Of a stretch of DNA of 64,000 bases, positions 40,639 through 52,450 are shown piece by piece (position 1 is the stretch's first letter; the number at the start of each line of letters is the position of its first letter). The stretch lies in the NCBI GenBank assembly GCA_000934665.2, contig JYFJ02000807.1:1-64000 (forward strand), given 5' to 3'. The position numbers were made by a program, and so were the translations under genes. Source of the stretch: Catajapyx aquilonaris (lineage: Eukaryota). A model generated the notes under the pieces. That model was given only the letters and a program-made list of their open reading frames with translations, searched no databases and had not been told where the DNA came from.

Positions 40639-42269
40639 TCCAAATTATGATTGTCGTGACACTTAAGAAAGGCGTTGACATCTCGTCTGCAAATGCAGTG
40701 CTTGTCAGCCTAATTTACATGTTAATAATAACAACGTGCTTTGTAATATTGCCAGGGATTATTAAAGAGATATAATTGTAAGGTGGACTTACGGTTTACG
40801 AAGTTGTGCTTCACATAATGATGGTGAAATTCGTTCTGACATGTTACGAACGCCTAGTAGGTAACTAGGTTTCACGAGTCGTGAGTCGTGACACAGGTTG
40901 GTCACTTGGCTACTTTCTTATCGCGTGAGGAATCTGACCAATCAATGTATAAACGTACCTCTTGTTGATGTGAACTGTGCCAGAACGAAGGTCACGGCCG
41001 GCATAATGAATGCGTCATTTGTCGATATTTTCAGACTATATCAGAGAAACGTAATGTTGTCGTGTTGTGGTCGTGGGATATTATTATTTGTCAGTGTTGG
41101 AATCAATATACAGCAGGGTGTTTCCTGTAATTTGTGACAGACTTACAAGGTATGTAAGGGCTGCTAAGAGAAGCAATTTGAGATAGGACACCCATGTCGG
41201 AAACCCACCCCAACGGAGCTACGAGGCATCCAAGGCCCATTGTCATCCCATTGTTGTAACAATCCATTATTGTTGTGTATACTGTATGTCATGTGACTTA
41301 AAAGCAGCAGGAGGAAGCCAAAAGTACCATTTCAGCAGAGAAACGACAGGGAAGTTGAGCGGCTATGAAACTTGTATTATGAAAAGAACTGAAAGAAGCG
41401 TTACAAATGCAGAGAAAGTATACACACTATATTTACTGCACGATTATCAGAGGATGCTATGAATAATGAGTATGATTGTACAACGAATGAAAAGATTAAA
41501 AGAAATCATTTTCATAATTTCTCGCAAGGTGTAGGGATCCAAACTTGGGTAAGTAAAAGAACAAAATAAAGGCTGCAGCCAGACAGCCAGTACCCGGCCA
41601 GTACTAATCAATCCAAAGGGAGATACATTACTTACAATAATAGCCACCGCATGTGCTTACCACAAGTAGACCTCTAAAAATTAATTATTATAAAATTACA
41701 GTGCATGATAATGAGACTGTTAATTCAACATCGCTGCTCATTTAAATAGTACTAGAAGAACCCTCGCTACGATAGCATTTTTCTATGATGCAGGCGTAGA
41801 AAACCGCTCGCTTTGCGACCTACAGTGCCCACTATTGGCACTATATGTTCAATTGCTTATAGCCAGTGATGATGCCAATCATATGCATACCCCCCACCCC
41901 CACCCGTTCCTCCGTGGATTCACATATCTGTGATTCCCCGCCCCAGCCCCCCGCAACTCATACGATACTCTCCAGTTGTGAGGTCACCGTGAAGACGTGG
42001 ATGGAGGAAGGTGGAAAGGTAGAGGGGTCTTCACGGGAGAGGAGATGTGTCCTCGTTGACGTCCAGTAAGCGACTGTGGCGTTCTTCCACCCATTGCGCA
42101 TGCTCGGAACGGGGCCAATTGGATGCGTCATGGTAACAATACGACGCGGTAACAATAAATGGGGGCCAATCGGAACGTGGCGGTAACAATATGCGGCGGA
42201 CCAATCAGAGGGTTTATACATACAGGTCCACTCCGATTTATATTATAGATAGGCCTGCAACATGAGGGA

Positions 42270-43495
42270 TCACTTTGAAAAAAATGAGCCGTATGTTGGG
42301 GTAGGAATGTCAGGAGCATCATCATTAATCTCAGGGGAATCGTCTTGTGCAGACAACTCATTCTGCTCTACGGCATCCCCTTTTGTGGTAGTATCTGGTT
42401 CCGATGGTGTAATATTCGTATCATATTCCACGGGAGCAGTTGGAGTTGTCGTTGGCGTTGGCTCTGGCTCCGGCTGGGCTTGAGAAACACTTATTTGATG
42501 CGATGTGTCAATGTCATTGCGCCGTGGTTTGCGAAACTTTTTGACAAAATATGTGGATATAAAAAGTGCCAATATGAGGAATACAATGAATATACCCACT
42601 AGAGGAAATCCAAATTTCTTGACTATGGATAAAATATCTTCACTCGATTTCGGTTCTTGTAATGGTGACTCTGAAATCATATCAGGTAGCATATTATTTT
42701 GGGCTCTTTATCCTGCTGATGCACTATTGGCAAAGGGGTAACAACTTCGTGGAACCGGCATGGAACCGGATGGAACCACCCGGTTCTAGGAACTGGTGTA
42801 CACTTTTTTGGGGAGTTGTTACCCCTTTGACTATTCGTTACAGTGGAGTGGTTGCACTCCTGTACTTACTACGCAGGCATTTTATGGAGGGAGGATTCAA
42901 AAATGATTTCTAATAACTTATGTATTATTAACTTAAGATAATAATTATATCCAGGTTAGGCCTGATAAATAATTGAAGACTGCACAGCATGCAGCCTCAA
43001 TTTTTTCCATGGGCATCGCAAGCTACCGGTGCAGTGTTACCTCGTCTCCTTTGTTTCAGGGAGGGAATATTATTAGTCGGCTGCATTATATTATTAAATT
43101 TTAAACATTTAAATAGTTTACAAGACAAATGTAATGATTTGTTTGTACCTAGGTCTTTTAATGTCTCATAATCATTTTTTGTGACTTTGCTACTATTCTA
43201 TCCCTGATGAAAGGACAGTAGCCTATATGAGTAGAACATACAGGTATAGAGGGCTCATGCATGTCATGCATGGCATATTGTGTCGCTTGTTTTTAATACA
43301 AATGAGACAATAATTTAGAAAAACATCCCAGTATCATCCGACTTCCCCTTAGTTGTTCATCAGCAGATAGCCACTGCAGATTGACAGTATATCGTAACTG
43401 AAACATATTGCTTTAATCCATCCCTAGCTAATGTATATGTAAGAATATTTACCGCTACTTGAAGAGGAAACTTCAGTGGATTTGTTACTATCCAT
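42270..43495 (-). CDS. Cluster gene G: short signal-less single-TM paralog
   Basis: Exon 43495-43453 (MDSNKSTEVSSSSS, phase 1) and exon 42670-42270. TM FPLVGIFIVFLILALFISTYFV followed by KKFRKPRR. Tail end PDIPTPTYGSFF aligns with PGIPPPAYNSLF (H) and PDIPPPTCDTV (D). The start exon is inferred. Confidence 0.65.
42731..42829. mobile_element. 99-bp hAT-like MITE
   Basis: 16-bp TIR CAAAGGGGTAACAACT / AGTTGTTACCCCTTTG; 8-bp TSD ACTATTGG / ACTATTCG (7 of 8 match); internal GGAACC repeats. Confidence 0.8.
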
Positions 43496-45588
43496 TTCAA
43501 GCGTGGTTATCACTAGGCCTACTGAGAATTTCGTGACGCCTCATCTGCAGAAGAAATATTCAAAGCGTAATTTATTATTAAACTGTTCATATACTATTTA
43601 AATGGTGAAATGGTGAAATGCGTGCATTATAGCTACTGTATAATTATTGTTTCATTATTTGTCTCCATAACTGGGTGATATTAGCATGCAACCAATGCAA
43701 TTACATATCTTTCGTCTACTGTAGGCCTACTTTTAGATGAAATGAGGGGTGTGGTGGAAATAGCTGATAACCCACAAAAGTGTAATTTTTCAGGAGAGCG
43801 AATTGATGTTTGCATTCTCTTCACAAATCATATAGGGAAAGCTGGTTTTGATCTAGTCCGTGTGGCCATCTCGTGCATGATAGGTGAACTTTGAGTATAA
43901 TTATACCAAACTGCGCCAAACTGTTTGTCATGTCTTTCACAGTAGTTGCTAGGTGTTTAGGTCAAAAATGACAAAAATGAGGGTTATCATATTTTTCCAC
44001 CCCACCCCTCAATGTCCAACAATGCCACGTATACGGCTACAGCTCCTGAGTGCATAAGGCTACATTACGGTAAATCTCGTCCTAATGAAATAGTAAGTAG
44101 AAGTAATCACGATGGAATATTATTAACTCGCATTGTTACAAGAGTGAAATAGGAGCAATAATGATAACAAGAAGCTTATAATTAGATAAGGTCGACATTA
44201 ATAACTTATTTTCATGCCATTGTCTGCAAGCGACAAACGTTTTCATGACTGTAATTTAGCACTCTGTATAGCTTAATGTTAGCGACGAAAATTTCTGTCT
44301 CTGTAGACATTGTCACACTACAAGATTTAATTTGTTTTCAGAATAATATTCTTGGTACAGCATACTTACTGTTTACATTGAGGTGCGCCTATAGTAGCCA
44401 GCTGCTGGCCGTAACAGTTACCTGCTAACTGGTCATACCATAATGTTTATACAGTGTTAGTTGCATGCATCATGTGGCCCTGATAACGTTTTAGTTACGT
44501 CAAGGACAATAATGATATGATCAGTCAAAATAAAAAGGCAATAGCTAAAATAATGTGTACTGAGAAAGGTCGCGAGTAGTGAATGTCAAGTTCATTCACA
44601 CTATCACGCTATCGGCCAAGAAAAAAGTGTCGTGTTAAATCACAATAGTAGGCTACAGTGTGAATGTGTTTTCAGCACGGCAGCGAGTTGCCAGAAACGG
44701 AAAAACGTTATTATCTTAGGGCATTATCAATTCTAGTACCGGGTATCGTAGTTTTTGTTTCACGAGTTTTTCTCCCATCATTCATAGGAATTAAAATATA
44801 GTCTTCCTTTTTATGTATAGGAATGCACCTTCGCAAGATTTTCTTACAGATGGTGTAGCGTGTAGGCCTATTCTATATGGATAACTGAGAATTAGTGAAC
44901 CCCACACCTTGCCCCACACTCATGAGCATAACCCATCGAAACTCCTTCCACATCGTCAGAGAACACAGTGAAACCTCGATTCATCATTTTGTCTGGACCC
45001 CTGACAAAAGGCGGATCAGTGCTGGAAAATAACAATAGTATTACCTGGCTCGGAAATGATTTACACTCTTTCTTTTTCCCGCTGAAGAAGTGGTCCTTAT
45101 ATAATCTATTATAGATCCATGGTAGCCTTTCACAATTCCACAATGTCACCCAAAAACATCTTTGTTAAATCAGAGTGTTTCTAACGAGTGACAGGGTTAT
45201 ACTTTCGGCCATCAGCATGGTATTGTTGGTCCAAATCAAGACAAAAATGTAGGAAAAATGTTCAGTATAACCAGAAACGTTCGCCTCTCTGTATATAGAC
45301 ACATGCGACCACCAACATTGCTTAGGTCTTCTCCCAAACGGGTTCATAAGGCCGTCTTTGTTATCGTGTACTCCTAGATAGTAGTCTATGTTGTTTTCTT
45401 TTAGAGCAACATCAGGAGCATGACACAAAAAAATATTTTGTTTCGCAAATTTCTCTGCGGGTTCATGGCATGAATTTCTGAATGAGGGACACAATTATAA
45501 TTACAGTTGCTCTCTGTTCCACAAAAATACATTCGTGGAAGATAACAAGGAAGATTGCGCAATGAAATGTAAGTTTTATTCTGTTCAA

Positions 45589-48500
45589 TCAATTGCTATG
45601 TTTCTCGTGGCTCTCATTTGGGATACTCTCTGCAAAAAGTGAATTGTACGCCGGAGGTGGAATTCCAGGTAATTCATTATTTAATAATGGGTAGGGGGGA
45701 ATTATGTGGGTAAGGTTACTTTCTGTCGGCATTCCTGGTGTTGCAGGATTTATAGAGGGAATTCCATAGGTGTGGTTACTTCCTGCTGGAATTCCTGGTG
45801 TTACGGAGGTTATAGGTGGAATATTTTGGCAGTCCAACACTTGCGGTGAATGATTTGCTTCCGCATTCAGAACTTGGTCCTTGTGGCGGGTAATTATTCC
45901 GGTTGTTCTTGACCCAGACGAACTCTGTAGTGCCCCACCGCACTTGTGCACTTTATAATACATTACGACGGCCGCTATTACCAGAAGCATTACACCTGCA
46001 ATTATGTACACCAACAAATTTGGTACAGCTGGTGACTTTCTTGAATGGTCTACTGACTCTACTCCATAGTAAGGTGCCTCTAAAATAAAAGAACACAATA
46101 TTCAACTGAGGTCAGGGCAGATGATTTCGGACGTCTGTCATGCTGCAAGCTGCATATACGTACAGTACAGGTGTTAGACAAAATAATACGAATACCTGCA
46201 AAAAGCGGTTGGAATTTCGCGTCTGGAACACTTTTTGCAATCACTGATCTGCATTCTTGACAAATGTACATTGACAGCGCTTCATACCATGGTAAAAGTC
46301 ATCTTTGTAATTTTTCCAGTTTTCAAATAAAAAAAATAGACGCGAAGTTCCAACCGCTTTTTTTCAGGTGTTCCTATTATTTCGTCTTATCCCTGTACTA
46401 CATGTAGGCTACTGTATACGTAGCCTAAACCAAAACCAAGTTTGCTTCAGCACTTTACCCATATTAGTAGTATGCCCTGGACTAAATATCTTGTTGTCAT
46501 CTTCTTTTGAAGGCGTATGTCGCACGGAAGGATTTATTGAGTTACATTTCAAATTGCTGCTTATGCAACTGAGGTAGTTATATCCACCACATCTTTTCCG
46601 CGGTTTTGGTTCACTGTCCGCGGGACAATCTGAAAATTAATATAAAGTGTGTTCCAAGTATTGGGGTCCTTAATATCGCAACTCCCGATTTGTTACATTT
46701 GTCCCCAAAGGAGTGCTCAATTTTATTGAAGGCTATATAAGTAGAAGCTTCTATATGTATAGGTGTGATCCAAATACTTCTTGTCCGATTACTACGGCTA
46801 TTTGTTGCCATGAAGCGACTTATTCCAGCAATATCACTGTCGCCTACTTCTGAACTTACTTTTAATGCTTATCAAAAGTATTAGCTGTTAATATTAGGCC
46901 GAACTGAATCGTCCATTCAGCTATGAACTGCACAGCATTTCCAATTGGGAATGGCCCATGGGAACAAATACTGTAGCATCTCACATCAATGACAGAACTC
47001 TGTGCATGCCATTCCCCCTTGTGCTTTAAAATATACACATCATACACCTCATCTAATATACCAGCCAGTACATTTGACAACCAGTGAAAGAAATTATGCG
47101 AAAGTAACTACTAAAATAAGCAGCTCATTTCCAACAAATAGCCCTAGCAACAAGACAAAATTTAATATTTTGGATCACACTGTAAGTGTAAGTTACATTC
47201 GACCACACTCAGGAATAATTGGGCACCTCGATCGGGGCTCAAAAATTTACACAAAAATCACTTCACCTCATGATGTTGTTTTTAGTGTAAATGTTTGCGC
47301 CCCGATTGGCCCGATAACTAAACGGACCATAATACTCGAAACTCGCGGTACATCAGTATAAAGCGCATATTATTACAGTAAAACCTCGATATAATGCTCT
47401 TCAAGGGACCGCCCAACAGTACCGTAATAAACGGGATAGCGATGAAAATGATCAAGAGACCGGAAAAAAGGGGGCGTTAAAAGTCGAAATTACGAATTCG
47501 CTTTTCGCGTTATAAAGCAACTTCGTAAAACAGGCTTTATACGTATGTGGGAGTGTTATATCGAGGTTTTACTGTATTCAATTGCACAACAGTATACTTG
47601 CCTTTAAAAACTGTAAATACTACTTTTAAATCAACATTGTCTCGTGTCCTGGAGAATCCTCCAATTCTTTGAGGTAAGGCCCATTGCGTAGGGAATTTCA
47701 TGTTTCCGCATAATGGTCCAGTTGTAGTCATATCATTTTCTAACTGAATAAGGAAATGGATTTCAGATGCGTATATATTGTTGTTGTACTTACTTTACTT
47801 ACTGAATAAAAATGCGACTAATAGTTAATTTATCGTTCATTCACTGATTAATATTGTAAGACTGAAAGTTAATACGTCATCACGTGATATTGCATTGGGT
47901 GATATGTTTCAATAATCACAATGTCAGATCTTCTTTGAATTGGTGTGTTGTAACAATAATCTCGTAAAGGTGCTAATATAGCCAACACTGCTGTTGAACA
48001 AAAAAAATCAAATCAATCAAGCTAGTTCTCACCTTAATGAAATCGATGAAGGTATCATTGTATTTCCTTAAAGACATGCTGCTGTATTCAATGACAGCAA
48101 CGAGATGGCCTTTTTCTGCCCCAGCCTTGAACATGACGCACGAAGTGTTACAGACATGTTTCGGTAGAGGATGGGTAGTCCTACCCATCAGCTGGACAAT
48201 AATTCCTTCGAAAATCGCTTCATAAACTCTAAATGTGATTGGTTCAATCCTCCTAAATAAACCACACCCATTTCTGTGCACTTTTTCTGCAAAAATGATG
48301 GAGGCATGAATGCTACAGTGATCCCAAGTAGACTGCCGACTATCACATGATTGTACCAAATAGCATGAATATGCTTAATCAGAAGAAATGCATTGTACAC
48401 TACTTGTGCAGTACTTACGATTCATGTATTGATCTTCCTGTCCAGGAGTTGATTGCAAAAGGGCTATACTAAGTGCAACCAAAAAATCGCCAAATCTCAT
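45589..48500 (-). CDS. Cluster gene H: signal/shortened CUB-like/4-Cys LDLa remnant/TM receptor with PPAY
   Basis: Exons 48500-48419, 48286-48033, 47743-47602 (GC donor), 46629-46459, 46079-45589; the frame stays open. Motifs THPLPKHVCNTSCVMF, GPLCGN, CPADSEPKPRKRCGGYNYLSCISSNLKC. TM LLVYIIAGVMLLVIAAVVMYY. Tail PPPAYNSLF. Confidence 0.8.
46168..46395. mobile_element. Tc1/mariner-type MITE in intron 4 of gene H
   Basis: About 55-bp imperfect TIR starting CAGGTGTTAGACAAAATAAT and ending ATTATTTCGTCTTATCCCTG; TA on both flanks. Confidence 0.75.
47376..47574. mobile_element. pogo/Tc1-type MITE in intron 3 of gene H
   Basis: Perfect 19-bp TIR CAGTAAAACCTCGATATAA / TTATATCGAGGTTTTACTG; TA TSD. 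Confidence 0.85.
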
Positions 48501-49214
48501 GACGCCTGCTTGGTTATTACGTATATATAAACTGTTTAATGACTTGGGAAATACGAAATATCCATAACTTGACACAGTTTCGCGTGACAGAGTCTATACA
48601 GTATACTGGAGAGTCACGCCCGTGTTATGGACACGCCTGGGTCACACCTCACGCGCATCACAATTTGCAGCGCAGACCCATGAGCCAGTGATGGACATTC
48701 CTTCAGGCTCGTCTCTGTTGCATTATTTTCAAATGCATGTTGTAGTTGTGGCAGTATCAGACATTATTTGGTAGGTCCAGTCAATGTTATAAAATCCTGT
48801 TGGGGGAAATGTTAGATGGAGTTACGGGCAATTTTTTTTGGGGTCTCACCTCAGGTGATGCTGAGGATAATTGTTCAATACCTCTTGGTCCATGAAAGTT
48901 GGTAAAAGTTGATGCAAATTTAAAATATTAAATGAAAACTTAGTTGCATAGGTCCGTGGTCTTAACACTGCTAACATGATATATGCTCTCCAGTGGGCTA
49001 CGTTTCATGTTTTGTAATAAACAAAATTGCATCGTGCTTTATCCACCAACAAAAAATTGCGCAAATATACAAAGCAACAAGCCATTGACAGAGTCCAAGT
49101 CATTGTTACTGACACGTGGAAGTGCTTATATACCATGATATACCTGATATTCAGCCATGCTGATATGCCCAAATACTTAATATTATTATTGTAGAAATGA
49201 ATGGTGGAGATAAC

Positions 49215-51341
49215 CTACTCGGAATCATCGGAAACATCACTTTGAGATGGAAAAACATCCTGAAATACTGTTTCGTGTACAGGCGAAGAAATGTCTGCAA
49301 CATTAGGGGCGGGAGTTTGTTGAAAACCACCAAATCCCATCGGCAAAGCTGGTGCGTTTGAGAATGCATGAGCATCTGGCCTATTGTTATTATCCGATAG
49401 AGAGACCTGTTGTGATATGCTATTTAGACCTATATCTGCTGGTTGTGGGGCTGGTGGAGGCCCTTGTTGAGGCCATCCTTGCTGCTCTGGTTGCACTTGC
49501 GGCTGGGAATTTTCCTCGTCCTTAGAGCACATATTTCCGCCCATAGTTTTGCAACAGTATATCGCCAGAACAACCAGAGCTAACCCCAGAATCACTACCA
49601 AAATAATAAGGTAAACAAACCCCTCAAAAAAGGACCGTGCACGTGAATGTGGTGTGTCTCGGTGGTGGGACACATCTGAAATAATAAACAGGTCTGTGTA
49701 CTTGACTTCTGGTTTTAAACTAACAACCCAGAGTGGCCAGTAACCTTTTAATAATGATCGGTTATGGATTTTTTCTCGACTTATTTTATGACCAAAATAA
49801 TACCGAAGGGGAAACATAAAGTATTGTTGACTACACGTACACGTAAGTAGCCTACAAGTAATTATTTGGTGAAACGTCCCAATAATGTGACATAAAGAGA
49901 AAATTCTGCCCATGATGTCATCCACAAACACGGTGTTTTCTCATGTTATCTCAGGTCGAGTCGCCAAAAATTATGAAGATTTACTGACCACTCTATAATC
50001 ATTTCACCACTCATACTGACCCGTCTGATTAACTATGGTTGTATTGTGGTTGCTAGAATGGGTGTTTGGTCTAGCTACATCATAATGGCACTTGATATTG
50101 TCATTAATGCAATTGACATCATTGCCTGCGCATTTCGTCCATTTTCTGGGCTCATTCTTATCATTACAATCTATCAGTGGAAAAACACAAGCGCATTAAT
50201 CGTATATCCTCCCAAGCTATCAGTGAATTCATCTGATATTGTGCAATATTGCACCTCTCCAAAGCATTCTCAATCGCAGCATTATTATTTTATTTAAAAA
50301 TCAAAGAATATATTTTCACAAATACTGGCATATGATGCTAATTTATTATTGCGATGTTAATTCTTAATGATGGATTATGACGAGAAAATGTCAAAATTAG
50401 GAGGGATTCAGTGAATTCACTTATGTAACTGTTGCAGTTCTGTTATCGATTGCTTTTGGTGTTAGTAGTCCGGCATGTTAGGCCCTACCTTTGAAAATGC
50501 TGAAAATTAGCTTGAGATCGATTTGATTCCTGGAATCCTCCTTCACTTCTAATTCTGGGCCGTTATGTAAGTGGACCTTGATGATTCCTGTGGCACTTAC
50601 GAATGCAGCCTTGCTTCTTTCTTTAATCCGACCTGGTCTCACGTGTACCTGCCCAGTTGTCATATTGCCGCATAACGGGCCATATCTCACATATCTGTTG
50701 TCAAACTAAAGTAGAAACAGAAAGTGATCAAGGTAATTCTTATCAGAGGGTTTTAAATACAATACCAATGCAGTCAGTATATTACTAAACTACAGCTACA
50801 GTAGATAACAAAATGATGATATAGGCCTACACATAGATATGATATTGATAAAAAAAAGTTTCCTGGAAAATGAGTAAATGTGTTGGTCATTCCTTGCCTC
50901 TATGTGATCGACGCAGGTGCCATTGAATTGCCGCAGTGACATCTTCTCGACGACGACGACCAAATTATGACCCTTATCTGCTGTCACCGTAAACATGACG
51001 CATGACGTGTTGTGCACATGCTGTGGTAGGGGATGGGTGCCCACCAGTCGGACTCTGACACCACTGAAATCCCAGTCAGCATGCAATGGTACTGTCCTGC
51101 TGGGGTACACACCGCACCAATTTCTTGGCACTTCAACTGCAGTGACAACATGCCTTATATTATATGAGCTGAAGGTAGCTAAATTGACTCAAGTCATAAT
51201 ATGAGCGTTCAAAAGTAATTCCATTGCTCATTAATGTATATCTACTTAAAATATTTTGCACTTACTTTCGAGGTAGTAATACTGCTGGCTGCTTATCTTA
51301 AAAATTGTCAGGAGAGCTAGTAAGACGTGCGTACGTGTCAT
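49215..51341 (-). CDS. Cluster gene I: signal/CUB-like/4-Cys LDLa remnant/TM receptor lacking PPxY
   Basis: Exons 51341-51266, 51136-50898 (GC donor), 50705-50489, 50170-50021, 49675-49215 (phases 1,0,1,1). Motifs LVGTHPLPQHVHNTSCVMF, VVEKMSLR...CVDHIE, GPLCGN, KVHLHNGP. TM FVYLIILVVILGLALVVLAIYCC. Confidence 0.85.
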
Positions 51342-51869
51342 GACGAGGAGCTGATGTGGACATGACTGGAACTGTTATTGGCGTGCGGAAAGGGTGAAAT
51401 CTGTAGACGTGTAGTGAATTAGTCTGGGAGGTATGGTCACGTGCAGGAAATGTCCAGTGGAAAATCAGCCTAAATTAATAAAAGGACTAACGCATTGTAA
51501 AGAAAGGTATAAAGTGTTCAATTATTATCATACGTTAAACTGGTTAAAGGGTTAAACTAAAGTATACTCGTACAGTACATGTCGGTAATAAATACAATGA
51601 ATTTTAAAATCGCAGCGATTTATTGTCAATACAATCGTTCAATTACAACCTCCATGGACATTTCGCTCTCACATGGCCAAATATATATTTTCAGAACACA
51701 ATAAGTACAGAAGCCTTTGTAGCTGTTCGGCACATGTATTTGCTGAGTTGACCTTGTGCCACCAACAAAAATGTCTGACATGTGACGCCAGCAGGCCTGG
51801 GACCAGTCTCTGATTGAAATAAGCTTTCCTGGCCAACGCAACGTGAGTGCTTTGAAACCACCGCCTGGT

Positions 51870-52450
51870 GCAATCATGGCGGGCTAGCTGGTTCCGGATT
51901 CTGCCACCCAGACGGGAGGCAGCACAGGCCGCCTTGCCTCTCCCTCCCTCCCACCCACCACCCCCGCCGACAGTGCCTTCCATCGAGCGGTGTTGCCATA
52001 TGGCGCGCGGAGAGACAGAGAGGGGGGGATTCCATGCGGCACCCAAGGGGGGGGGAGTGGGCGGTGTGGCAACGTGGTGGGTTGGCGTCTTGTTGCCTTT
52101 TTCCTCCTGGCTCCGTATTTGCCCCCGTTCTGTGCCAGCGGAATTCTCCTTCCTTCCGACCCTTGTGGAGCACCGTCGACGGCGTCCTGGGTGCGGCTGG
52201 GCATGTAGCGTGGGACCAGGTAAGAGGGGCCGGCCGGGTTCGCGGATGGGGAGGGAAAGGGACCCCGTCGGCTGCTGCGGCCCCGGCTGTTGGCTATACT
52301 TCCCTTCGCCATTTTGCTAGGCCTGGTGGCGGCGAATGGCAGCCAGAGGGAGGCAGGGAGGGGGGAAAAGATGGCGAGCCTCGACTGCCAGATGATTCTG
52401 CCCAATGTCGGGGGTGTCGACGGGGAATAAAGGGGCCTGGAACGATGCTC
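51870..52450 (+). promoter_or_regulatory. GC/CpG-rich island, candidate DNMT3 promoter and non-coding first exon
   Basis: Abrupt GC- and CpG-rich block in an AT-rich background, with a strong donor CAG|GTAAGA at 52219/52220 and AAGATGGCG near 52368. The first DNMT3 coding exon (56876) begins with an acceptor, so an upstream exon is implied. Confidence 0.5.

Noticed and set aside
49676..49931. N-terminal part of the 238-aa ORF
   Set aside because: Intron 4 of gene I read through by chance; the exon starts at the acceptor at 49675.
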